The notes beneath the pieces were generated by a model. It saw only the letters and a list, made by a program, of their open reading frames with translations, was not told the origin of the DNA and ran no database searches. Position numbers and translations under genes: made by a program. A stretch of DNA of 63,900 bases, filler included, from an uncultured bacterium (GTDB lineage: Bacteria; DYJV01): NCBI GenBank assembly GCA_964543655.1. It is 8 parts of 8 records of this genome, joined end to end, with 100 filler letters (N's around TTAATTAATTAA, not from the genome) between each part and the next. Parts side by side here need not be neighbours in the genome. Positions count along the whole stretch, not along the records: positions 1 to 20,473 come from CAZIZE010000066.1; 7 more parts are not named here. One strand, written 5' to 3'. Positions 1 to 9,290 of this stretch are shown here, piece after piece (positions within the stretch are counted from its first letter, which is position 1; each line of letters begins with the position of its first letter).

Positions 1-2
1 TA

Positions 3-434
3 ATTGATGAAAATGTATTTAATAAATGTAGAGAAAATAAATGTGGCAATTATAATAAACATTATATGTGCCCTCCTTTGAATAAAAAGGTTGATTTTAA
101 TAATTTTAAATTAGGTATTATTTTGCAAAATAGTTATAGAATTAGTATTTGGAGGGAAGCAAAAATAGATTTTCATAAAAAAATTTTGGACATTGAAAAG
201 GAAATTTTTAATAATTTTAGTCCAATTTCTTTTTCATCATTTATAGGTGGTAGCTGTGAATTGTGTAATCCATGCATGGCTGTATTAAATAGATCGTGTA
301 AATTCCCAAAAGATGCAAGGCCATCTTTAGAATCTTGCGGAATAAACGTAATTGATTTGCTTAAAAGTCTAAATTTACCATATGAATTTAGCAATGAGTA
401 TGTAACTTGGACAGGTGCAATATTATTAAGTTAG
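3..434 (+). CDS. DUF2284-family Cys-rich metal-binding protein, 5' truncated
   Basis: Frame is open from base 3 (IDENVFNKCRENKCGNYNKHYMCPP). Contains GGSCELCNPC and C..P..ARPSLESCGINV motifs typical of DUF2284. Confidence 0.8.
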   Translation: MDENVFNKCRENKCGNYNKHYMCPPLNKKVDFNNFKLGIILQNSYRISIWREAKIDFHKKILDIEKEIFNNFSPISFSSFIGGSCELCNPCMAVLNRSCKFPKDARPSLESCGINVIDLLKSLNLPYEFSNEYVTWTGAILLS

Positions 435-1271
435 AAAAAAATTGTAATCTTTTTCAGATTCAGGATACTTTTTTATCATAAAATTCATATAAAAGTCTGA
501 ATGATTTTCAAATTCTAATAAATCATCTCTTTTCCTTATAACTCTATTTTCAAAATCTTCTTTATACCATAGATAATGTTTATTCAAAATATCTATATTG
601 GAAGCATCAATATTTTTATTTCTAAATTTTTTTGGTATTCCTCTGTAGATTTTTCTTTTAGCTTGCCTCAGAGATCTATATGGAAAGTGTTTTATAAAAA
701 AAATATTTTCTTGAGTTTTATATGATAGCTCATTATTATCTTTATCAAAGTAATAAGGCATATCTACATAAGTTTGCAAAAATTCGTTTTTTCTGAAAAT
801 AGTTTTCTTCCAATTTTTTTCAAAAATACAATATTTAAAATCAGTTATGGAATTAATCCCTTTTTTAAGCTCATGGATATTTGTTAAATAAAACTCAAAT
901 TTTGAAACAACAAAAGCATCTACATTAAACACTTCAAAAGCTTTTGGGACAAAATCAATTAATTTAAATTTAGTATTAAATGGACAAGTTATTTCATCTG
1001 CATCAGCCCAGATAAAATATTGTTCTTTCTCATTTTTCAAAACAAGATTTAAAAGAATAGTATTTAATTTTATTATATCATAATAATCTGTTTTTAATCT
1101 TTCTATCCATCTAATCCCTTTTCCTTCATATTCTTTTAAAATCTCATAGGTTCCATCTTTAGAATAATTATCAAGAACAACTGTTTCGACTCCTTGAGAA
1201 ATATAGTACTGGATATTTTCTCTTATAATATCACTTTCATTATAAACTGTTAATAATCTTAAAACGCTCAT
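426..1271 (-). CDS. GT-A fold glycosyltransferase (family 2-like)
   Basis: VYNESDII, LDNYSKDGT, WADADE (DxD) and KHFPYRS motifs. Confidence 0.8.
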   Translation of the reverse strand: MSVLRLLTVYNESDIIRENIQYYISQGVETVVLDNYSKDGTYEILKEYEGKGIRWIERLKTDYYDIIKLNTILLNLVLKNEKEQYFIWADADEITCPFNTKFKLIDFVPKAFEVFNVDAFVVSKFEFYLTNIHELKKGINSITDFKYCIFEKNWKKTIFRKNEFLQTYVDMPYYFDKDNNELSYKTQENIFFIKHFPYRSLRQAKRKIYRGIPKKFRNKNIDASNIDILNKHYLWYKEDFENRVIRKRDDLLEFENHSDFYMNFMIKKYPESEKDYNFFLT

Positions 1272-1283
1272 AATATGCTCATA

Positions 1284-2726
1284 TTAAAAATAACATTCTG
1301 CTAATGGATTATAATAGCTAAACTTACCAATTTCATTTATTTTTGATGTAAAATCTAATATTGTTAAGAATTCATCTAAGTTTTCATTAAATCCATCAAT
1401 TTTTATAAAGTCTTTTCTATATATAAATAGAATATGTGAATATAACATTTTTAATTTTTCTATATTGTTATATTCTAATTTATGTATTTCATCAATATGA
1501 AAAACTTTTATTATATTTTTAAATTTTTTGGGAAAAGAAAAAGATTGATTTGAACATGTTTTACCACCTATTATACCGCAATCTTTATATTGTTCATAGA
1601 ATCGAACCATTGATGTCAGCCATGAAAATCCAGGAATAGCACTAATAATAAAAGCCAAAAAATCACCATTTGCTTTATTTACACCAGCATTTAATAGGGA
1701 ACCTAATGGTAAATTTTCTTTAAAAAAAAGAAAATCAAAATCACATTTTAACAAAAATAACTTTGATTCATTTAACAGATTTTTTAAATCTTCAGCAAAT
1801 TCTTTAGTAGTAGAAGAATTTACCAATATAAGTTCTTTTTCATAATATAAAGTTTTATTTGCAATGCTTTCAAATAATTTTTTTAAAAAAGTAATATTAT
1901 TCCTGCAAGGGACTATTATTGAAACTTTTTTTAACTTTTCTTTTTTATTCAATTTTTCAATAAGATAAATGGAATTTTCAAATTCATCATAAGCTTTTTT
2001 TCTTTTGCAGTATAGTTTTGGTTTATTATTTTTATCAACAGGATTTTTATCGTATAGTAATATTTGATTTTTATACATATCTATATGTTGTTGTGATAAG
2101 GATTTATCAACTCTTCTAACTTCACAAGTGTATTCTGGAATACATAAAAATTCATATTTATCTATTAATCTCAACCATAGGTCATAATCTTCTAAATGTC
2201 TTAAATTTTCATTAAACCAAAATCCTTCCTGTATAAAAATTTCTTTTTTAATTAAAAATGCATTAATGGGAATATAGTTTTCTATTAAAAAATGGTCCTT
2301 TGAAAAAAAATAATTATAAGGGGTTTGCTCTATTTTTTTGTTATTTTTTTCCACAAATACTTTAGCCCATGAATATGCTATTTTATATTCTGGATTATTT
2401 TTTAAACCATGGAGCAATGTTTCAAAATGATTAGGGTAATAAATATCATCATCATCAAGAAAAGCTATATATTCCCCTTTTGCTTCTTTTATTCCTGTAT
2501 TCCTTGTAGCGGCAAGTCCTTTATTTTTTTCATGACGAATATATCTTATATTCACTTCATAATTTTTCCTTGTTTCATCAACTATAAATTTTGTATCAAC
2601 ACCACAATCATTAACTACAATTATTTCATAATTTTTATGATTTTGATTGCAAACACTTAAAATTGCATCTTTTAATGTGTGAGTACGATTATATGATGGA
2701 ATTATTACTGAAATCATGTTATCCAT
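1284..2726 (-). CDS. Two-domain GT2 glycosyltransferase
   Basis: SVIIPSYNR, NKGLAATRN, FLDDDD, EDYDLW. Second, degenerate GT2 domain begins VSIIVPCRN and lacks a DxD motif. Confidence 0.9.
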   Translation of the reverse strand: MDNMISVIIPSYNRTHTLKDAILSVCNQNHKNYEIIVVNDCGVDTKFIVDETRKNYEVNIRYIRHEKNKGLAATRNTGIKEAKGEYIAFLDDDDIYYPNHFETLLHGLKNNPEYKIAYSWAKVFVEKNNKKIEQTPYNYFFSKDHFLIENYIPINAFLIKKEIFIQEGFWFNENLRHLEDYDLWLRLIDKYEFLCIPEYTCEVRRVDKSLSQQHIDMYKNQILLYDKNPVDKNNKPKLYCKRKKAYDEFENSIYLIEKLNKKEKLKKVSIIVPCRNNITFLKKLFESIANKTLYYEKELILVNSSTTKEFAEDLKNLLNESKLFLLKCDFDFLFFKENLPLGSLLNAGVNKANGDFLAFIISAIPGFSWLTSMVRFYEQYKDCGIIGGKTCSNQSFSFPKKFKNIIKVFHIDEIHKLEYNNIEKLKMLYSHILFIYRKDFIKIDGFNENLDEFLTILDFTSKINEIGKFSYYNPLAECYF

Positions 2727-5325
2727 TACATATTTCCTCTAATGCTTTAATGCATCTTTCAACATTATTTTTATCAATGCCAATACAATGCTCATTCAAA
2801 AATTTCAGTTTAACTTCTTTATCTGTCCCTTTTCTATAAATAATATTTTTGATTGCATCAATAAGTTCTTCTTTATTTTTAGCTTTAAAAATTGCCCCAG
2901 AATTATCTTCATTAAATATTTTAAACGGTTCTCCGTGAGGGTTGTAATAGATAACATCCCTTCCCATATAAAGTGCTTCATAAATTAAAGTTGAAAAACG
3001 TGTAATTAAAATAGAGCACATTTTTAATTGTTCTTTTACTTTAAAAGCATCAGAATCTATTACTTTAAAGTGAGGAAAATTTCCTTTATCTCTTGGATGT
3101 TTTGAAATAAAATAGTCAATCTCACAATCAACACATGCAGATACTGCATCATTAACCCAGCTATCTCTCACATCTTCATATACTCCATAGGTAAAATTTG
3201 AATTTATCATAACAACAGGTTTATCAGGTAAAGGCTCTTCATTTATAAAATCATACTTTGGATTTCCTGTAATAAAAAGATTATCTCTATTAAGATATTT
3301 TTTCATAACAGGCCCCTGAATAAAAGCAAAATCGCAGTTCTTCATTCTATTCATAGATATATCTTCAAAAAATAACGGACCTTCCTGAATGCATACTGTT
3401 TTTATGTTGTATTTTTTGGCTTCTGTTATAATTTGTCTTTCAAGAGGTCCCCAATCATTTCCCAGAATTAATACATCTGGTCTAATTTCATTAAAAATTT
3501 GTAATTTAAATGTATAATATTTTATTTTATTTTTGTACAAGTAATATCTGGCATTCTCTTTCTCCAAAGGATGTAGTAGAAAAGTTGCTGATTCTACTTT
3601 ATTATAAACAGGAAGCATCCAGTTAACATGTGTATCATTAGATGGGACAAACATATATTTTATTTTTTTTACTTTTTTTAATAAAACAGCACCTGGTTTA
3701 TATTTAAAAACAACAAATCCATTTTTTAATAAAAAAGGTACAGCAGTTTTTCCTTTTCCTTGCCAATCATTATATTCATCGAGCCAAGTATCGTCAAAAC
3801 AAATATATCCTCCTTCAACTATTTTTTCATATACATTTTTTGTTGCATCAAGATGCATTTTATAAGCATTTTCATTGGTCAGTTCGATATTTCTTTTTTT
3901 ATATGATTCTATTGTTTTCTTTTTATGAGGCCAGAAAGTAACAATATCAAATGCATCAAGGTAGAGAGCAATAATATTTTTTTTGTTCCACTTTTGTAAA
4001 AATAATTCTCCTTCTTTACATACTGCTTCAAAATCAGGATTGATTTTTTTTACCATTTTTTTAGCACTTGAATATACATTTTCTTCGGGATCAACAGTAA
4101 TAAATTTAATACCAAATTCATTGCACATTTTTGCAAGTTCCAGTGTTGAACCTGCATCTCTTTGAGAGCCAATTTCAATTATTACAGAATCATCAATTTC
4201 TTTTGCAAGCTTTTTTATTCTATTTTTATTTTGTAGTAGAAGAGTATGACCATGAGTAGTATTAATATGGAAAGTTTCAATTCTGTCCAATTTTTGCAAA
4301 TTATCTAAAGAATATTTATTTTGGGGAATAATTTCAGAAAAAATTCTTTCCCATGTAATGTAATAATTGTATTCATTTTTTATTCTTTTTAAAACTTTTT
4401 CAATATACGGCTTTTGTTTTTCAACATTGTTTAAAAAATATATGGATTTTTCAATATACTCTTCTGGATTGGTCTCACATACAACTTCATCTTCATTAAA
4501 AAAATAGTAAATTCCTTCTGAATCAACGACCCCAAATCTTCCAGAGGTAAATACTGTCCAGAATCTATCCTGAACACCTTTTTCTATTCTCCAGCTTGCT
4601 GCATTAATTATAGGGCAAAGTTTACTCTTTTTCAGAATATATTTATGTGTTTTATCATCAACAGGACCTAATTGAGTGCCCTGGCCACCAAGCGCACATT
4701 TTCTGTGTTTAATTATTGGCAATAAAAAATCTTCAACAGTTTCAATATTTCCTCTTCCTTTTATCCCCCATATAGAGCCTACAAAACCAATGTCAAATTC
4801 AAAATTATTCATTATTGGTCTTGCTCTCTGGATTTCTTCCCATGAATATAAACTTGAACCCCATGGAATCCAGAAAATTCTATCTTTTAATTTATCACAT
4901 ATTCTCTTTTTTTCAGGAAATGGTTCAGGGTCCGTTTTACAACCAAATGCATAAATACTGTAACCAGCATCAAATATTCTTTCAACCATTCTGTATAATG
5001 GCCAGTGCCAGTTTTTAAAGAATTCATATGGATTATCTCCCCAATTTATTGTATCACAACCTTTTCCAAGAGATGTTAATTTCTGTAATAAAACATCATG
5101 TTCCTGATATTTATTACTATGAATAAGTTCAAGAGAAGTTGGAGCATTCCAGCAAATAAATAATCTCCTCTTATTTTTTTTTATTTCAAGATTTTCAAGT
5201 TCTATCCACTCTGTTTCATATCCAAGTTCATTGAACACTTCATAAAATTTTTTCCAGGGATACCAGTTTGTATGCCCGGGATCTGTGTAACCCATTAATG
5301 TAATTATCCAGTTTTTTACTTTCAT
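2719..5325 (-). CDS. Multidomain glycosyltransferase / class I methyltransferase / GT-B-like fusion
   Basis: N-terminal CgeB-like region (DIGFVGS...DRFW..TSG). Central EIGSQRDAGST, LYLDAFD, FDDTW..GKG. C-terminal ITGNPKYD, KHPRD, STLIYEALYMG. Confidence 0.7.
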   Translation of the reverse strand: MKVKNWIITLMGYTDPGHTNWYPWKKFYEVFNELGYETEWIELENLEIKKNKRRLFICWNAPTSLELIHSNKYQEHDVLLQKLTSLGKGCDTINWGDNPYEFFKNWHWPLYRMVERIFDAGYSIYAFGCKTDPEPFPEKKRICDKLKDRIFWIPWGSSLYSWEEIQRARPIMNNFEFDIGFVGSIWGIKGRGNIETVEDFLLPIIKHRKCALGGQGTQLGPVDDKTHKYILKKSKLCPIINAASWRIEKGVQDRFWTVFTSGRFGVVDSEGIYYFFNEDEVVCETNPEEYIEKSIYFLNNVEKQKPYIEKVLKRIKNEYNYYITWERIFSEIIPQNKYSLDNLQKLDRIETFHINTTHGHTLLLQNKNRIKKLAKEIDDSVIIEIGSQRDAGSTLELAKMCNEFGIKFITVDPEENVYSSAKKMVKKINPDFEAVCKEGELFLQKWNKKNIIALYLDAFDIVTFWPHKKKTIESYKKRNIELTNENAYKMHLDATKNVYEKIVEGGYICFDDTWLDEYNDWQGKGKTAVPFLLKNGFVVFKYKPGAVLLKKVKKIKYMFVPSNDTHVNWMLPVYNKVESATFLLHPLEKENARYYLYKNKIKYYTFKLQIFNEIRPDVLILGNDWGPLERQIITEAKKYNIKTVCIQEGPLFFEDISMNRMKNCDFAFIQGPVMKKYLNRDNLFITGNPKYDFINEEPLPDKPVVMINSNFTYGVYEDVRDSWVNDAVSACVDCEIDYFISKHPRDKGNFPHFKVIDSDAFKVKEQLKMCSILITRFSTLIYEALYMGRDVIYYNPHGEPFKIFNEDNSGAIFKAKNKEELIDAIKNIIYRKGTDKEVKLKFLNEHCIGIDKNNVERCIKALEEICNG

Positions 5326-5327
5326 TT

Positions 5328-6044
5328 TTACACCTCAAAATTTTCTGATGATAACTGTGCTGTTGCACCACCATCGATTATGAAATTTTGTCCTGTAACA
5401 GTTATATTCTCTTTAGCAAGAAAATAACATAATTTTGCAATTTCAACAGGTTCAACTATCTTTTTTAATGGAATTCTTTTAGAAATGTCATATCCTTTTC
5501 CAGCCCTTTTTAAACCTTGCTTTAACATCTCAGTGTTAACTGCACCTGGAGATATTGAATTAACCTTTATTCCCAATGGTGCAAGTTCAAGAGCAAAAGC
5601 TTTAGTCAATGCTAATACAGCACCTTTTGTAGCTACATAACTTGATAAATTAGGTGAAGTTGCTATTGAATGAACAGAGCAGATATTAATAATTGATGAA
5701 CCTCGATTTAGTTTCTCTTGTAATATCTGGGTAAGTTCAAAAATAGCAATGCAGTTAACCTTAAAAGAATTGTTTAAATCTTCAAGCTTATATTCAAAAA
5801 TAGATTTTGCAATTTGAATTGCTGCATTGTTTATTAATAGATCAACTATATTTACATTTAATAATTTTTTTAAAATTAAATTTTTATCAATAGGTTTTGC
5901 AAGATCACAATGAATAAAAATATCTGTAAATTCAGTGTCTTTAATTTTATCAAGCCCAATTACATACCATTTTTTCTTTTTAAAAAATTTTGCAATTTCT
6001 TTTCCTATACCCTGAGAAGTCCCTGTTATAAAAACTGTTTTCAT
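5328..6044 (-). CDS. SDR family oxidoreductase
   Basis: TGTSQGIG, NNAA, catalytic YVATK, VNSISPG. Confidence 0.92.
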   Translation of the reverse strand: MKTVFITGTSQGIGKEIAKFFKKKKWYVIGLDKIKDTEFTDIFIHCDLAKPIDKNLILKKLLNVNIVDLLINNAAIQIAKSIFEYKLEDLNNSFKVNCIAIFELTQILQEKLNRGSSIINICSVHSIATSPNLSSYVATKGAVLALTKAFALELAPLGIKVNSISPGAVNTEMLKQGLKRAGKGYDISKRIPLKKIVEPVEIAKLCYFLAKENITVTGQNFIIDGGATAQLSSENFEV

Positions 6045-6958
6045 AATCCCAGTCCTTTATAAAGCATATTTAAAGAATTTCTGTGAACTCTATTCCAAAA
6101 AAAACTACTTGAATTTGAATTATGTGGAGACAAAATAACATTATTCATTTTTCTTAATGGAGAATCTTCTGGCAATGGTTCAAATTCAAAAACATCCAAC
6201 CCTGCACCTGCTATTATTTTATTTTTTAAAGCAAGGATTAAATCTTCTTCTTTAATGATAGGTCCTCTTGCAGTATTTATAATAATTGCATCTTTTTTCA
6301 TAAGTTTAAGCTTTTCCATATTTATTAAATGATGGGAAGTTTCATTTAAATCACAATTAATTGATACAAAATCTGACTGTTTTAATAATTCATTTAAAGA
6401 AACCATTTTGCATGGAGGATCTTCTATTTTTCTTATATCATTTCCAACGATTTTCATTCCAAAAACTTTTGCCTTTTCTGCAACTCTTCTTCCAATATTT
6501 CCAACCCCAATTATTCCAAGAGTTTTTTCCTGCAATGTAAAGCCTTTTATCTTTTCCCATTTTCCCTGTTTCATCATTTTATCACTAACTAAGATATTTC
6601 TTGCAAAGCATAACATAAATCCAATCACTGTATCAGAAACAGGTTCTGTAAAGGCATTGGGAGTGTTAAATACTTTTATTCCTCTTGACTCTGCATATTT
6701 TTTATTAATAGAATCAATACCTGTTCCCCATTTTACAATAACTTTTAATTTTTTTGCTTTATCTATTACTTTTTCTGTTATTCTATCATCGCCACAGATA
6801 ATTCCATGAACATCTTCAATTATTTTCAATAGATCATCTTCTTCTAATCTTTCTTTTACTTCAGGTAAAAAAATATCAATATTTTTATCTTTTAATTCTT
6901 GTTCAAACCTATCAATCTCTTTTTGCATATATGGAGCAGAAATAATAACTTTATACAT
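6041..6958 (-). CDS. D-2-hydroxyacid dehydrogenase (phosphoglycerate dehydrogenase-like, no ACT domain)
   Basis: GIIGVGNIG, INTARG, GAGLDVFEFEP, LSPH. Confidence 0.9.
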   Translation of the reverse strand: MYKVIISAPYMQKEIDRFEQELKDKNIDIFLPEVKERLEEDDLLKIIEDVHGIICGDDRITEKVIDKAKKLKVIVKWGTGIDSINKKYAESRGIKVFNTPNAFTEPVSDTVIGFMLCFARNILVSDKMMKQGKWEKIKGFTLQEKTLGIIGVGNIGRRVAEKAKVFGMKIVGNDIRKIEDPPCKMVSLNELLKQSDFVSINCDLNETSHHLINMEKLKLMKKDAIIINTARGPIIKEEDLILALKNKIIAGAGLDVFEFEPLPEDSPLRKMNNVILSPHNSNSSSFFWNRVHRNSLNMLYKGLGL

Positions 6959-6959
6959 T

Positions 6960-7556
6960 TTATTCCTCCAATAAAACTGCTCTCACAGGAGATGCTTCTG
7001 CATTTTCTATTAACAAAGGAAAAGCCATTAAAGTATAAATACCCGGGGATATATTTTTCAAATTAAGTCCTTCAAGAATTATAATATCATTTGAAAGTAA
7101 AATCTCATGAGTTTCAAAATTTTCATTATTAAAAATTTCAATTGAAAGATAATCTATTCCAACAAGATTAATTTTTTTTTCTACAAGAAACATAGCACCG
7201 TCTGAATTTAAAGCAACATAATCTTCGGTAAAATCTGAATTTAAAATCTCAGAATTTTTTGTTTTTAAAAGAATATTATCTGCTCTCAGCTCAATATTTT
7301 TAAATGATTGAGAAGATATAACATCATCCATTATTTCAACAACCTGACATTTCCCAAAGAATCTTCTGAGCTCTACATTATCTATACTTTTACCATCTTT
7401 AATAAAATGCTTTGGAGCATCAACATGAGTTCCTGTATGAAGATCCATTTTTATAAAAGAAGTGTTTTCATTATAGAAAATATGAGAAAACCTAACAGAT
7501 CCTGGCCATTGAACTATATCTTTATTTAGTTTCATTGAAATATCATAAAATTTCAT
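6960..7556 (-). CDS. Cyclase family metal-dependent hydrolase (kynurenine formamidase-like)
   Basis: HTGTHVDAP signature, VGIDYLS, ILEGL, SPVRAV. Confidence 0.9.
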   Translation of the reverse strand: MKFYDISMKLNKDIVQWPGSVRFSHIFYNENTSFIKMDLHTGTHVDAPKHFIKDGKSIDNVELRRFFGKCQVVEIMDDVISSQSFKNIELRADNILLKTKNSEILNSDFTEDYVALNSDGAMFLVEKKINLVGIDYLSIEIFNNENFETHEILLSNDIIILEGLNLKNISPGIYTLMAFPLLIENAEASPVRAVLLEE

Positions 7557-8202
7557 GAATTTTCTCCGCTAAAATAAAATCATCTTCAGTATCAATATCA
7601 ATTGCTTCAAGTTTGTTAATTTCAAATAGATAAGGATTTTGGCCTATCCTTGATTTTTTTTTAAAAAAACTGTTCCTTGTAAATATGTATAAACATGAAT
7701 TTTCCTCATAAACTGGCGGTAAATCCTGAGTTCTAATTAACTCATCAGGATTGTGATTAATTGGATTAAAATCTTTATCATATAGCCTTGCCTGAATTTT
7801 TGTAACTGTGAATAGAGAGTCATAATCATTTTGATTCTTAAAAATTTTTATTGCTTTTTCAATGGATTCTTTTTTTAAACATGGATTTGTAACATGAGTT
7901 TGAACAAAAAAATCTGTATCATTAAAGTTAATTAAAATATTTTCGATTATTTTATTCATTGAAACAAAATCTCCATGAAGATGTTCAGGTCTGAAGTTAA
8001 TTGTAATATCAGGAAAATATTTTAAAACAAACTCAGAAATTTTATCTGAATCTGTATCAAGGATTATTTTTTCAATATTTTCAACCTTTTTCAATGTATT
8101 GATTATCCAATAAAATAGAGGCTTGCCATTGAAACTCCTAATATTTTTATCAGGTACTCTTTCTGAATGTTCTTTTGCTGGGACAATTGCATAAAATCTC
8201 AT
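7543..8202 (-). CDS. Acylneuraminate cytidylyltransferase family (NeuA/KdsB-like)
   Basis: SERVPDKNIR..GKPL, TDS, RTQDL, DIDTEDDF. Confidence 0.88.
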   Translation of the reverse strand: MRFYAIVPAKEHSERVPDKNIRSFNGKPLFYWIINTLKKVENIEKIILDTDSDKISEFVLKYFPDITINFRPEHLHGDFVSMNKIIENILINFNDTDFFVQTHVTNPCLKKESIEKAIKIFKNQNDYDSLFTVTKIQARLYDKDFNPINHNPDELIRTQDLPPVYEENSCLYIFTRNSFFKKKSRIGQNPYLFEINKLEAIDIDTEDDFILAEKIHEIL

Positions 8203-9140
8203 TTTAACTCCTCAACATGTTGTAATTTAAATGTAGATGAAATTTCATTTCTACCTTTTTCAGGAGGATAGTAAAATCTCTCTCTTAGTTTTTCTGTTAA
8301 ACAGTTATATCTGTATCTGTACCCCATATATGTTCCCCAAAATTGCATAAATCTAAAAAGAGGAATTTCAAAAATATTTCTGAAAAATTTTTTCTCATTT
8401 TTTGCGCTAATATAATCATTAACAATATTTGATATAAAAAACTTAAGAAAATCTATGAAAGTAAAATTCATTTCAGGAAAAATTCTTTTTAATGCAATTG
8501 CCTCTCTTTTGTATCTATTGAAAATTTGAGAATATCTTTCTTCATGAATATGGTAAACTGTAGCATTAGAATTATAATACAATTTATATCCTTTATCTAA
8601 AATATCTTTTGCCCATTTTACATCTTCAAGTCCAGTTAAAGTTTCATCAAATTTTATCTTTTTCCACACAGATTTTCTGATCGCAGAATTTGCATTGTTG
8701 GCAAAAGGATAGCTCTGATTCTCAATTAAATTTTCTGGAAACCATTTTTTAAAGATTTGATGTTCTGAAAACTTTGTCAAATTTCTGTCACCAATCTGGC
8801 GACCATAAACCATTCCTACGTCTATATTGTTAAAAGGTTTAACTATCTCAGAGAGCCAATAATTATTAGCTGGAATGCAATGAGCACTAATAAAAACACA
8901 GATTTTACCATTAGAACTTTCAATACCTTTGTTTAAAGAATATCCAAAAGAAAATTTTTCCTTGGGAATTTTTACAAGTTTTACAGGATATTTTAATGCT
9001 ATTGAGACTGTGTTATCTGTTGAGCCTGAATCAACTAAAATTACTTCAAATTTTTCATCAATAATCTGAGTGTAAATTTTTTGTAAAAGTTTTCCAATAA
9101 ATTTTTGTTCGTTGTAAGCTCTAATAATTATTGAAATCAT
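8199..9140 (-). CDS. GT2 glycosyltransferase
   Basis: SIIIRAYNE, VDSGSTD, FDETLTGLED. Confidence 0.88.
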   Translation of the reverse strand: MISIIIRAYNEQKFIGKLLQKIYTQIIDEKFEVILVDSGSTDNTVSIALKYPVKLVKIPKEKFSFGYSLNKGIESSNGKICVFISAHCIPANNYWLSEIVKPFNNIDVGMVYGRQIGDRNLTKFSEHQIFKKWFPENLIENQSYPFANNANSAIRKSVWKKIKFDETLTGLEDVKWAKDILDKGYKLYYNSNATVYHIHEERYSQIFNRYKREAIALKRIFPEMNFTFIDFLKFFISNIVNDYISAKNEKKFFRNIFEIPLFRFMQFWGTYMGYRYRYNCLTEKLRERFYYPPEKGRNEISSTFKLQHVEELK

Positions 9141-9184
9141 ATAATTTTACCTATATTGAAATATTTTCATTTTGGAAGAAGTAT

Positions 9185-9200
9185 AGCAGAATTAATGCCA
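9185..9200 (-). promoter_or_regulatory. sigma54 (-24/-12) promoter for the 9140->426 gene block
   Basis: Minus strand TGGCATTAATTCTGCT with the correct GG-N10-GC spacing, 45 nt upstream of the ATG. Confidence 0.7.
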
Positions 9201-9290
9201 GAAAATTTGGAAAATTTTTTGCTTATTAAAACTAAAAATGAAAAATATTCAATATAATACAATGAAAATATTAATTATTAAATTAACCAT

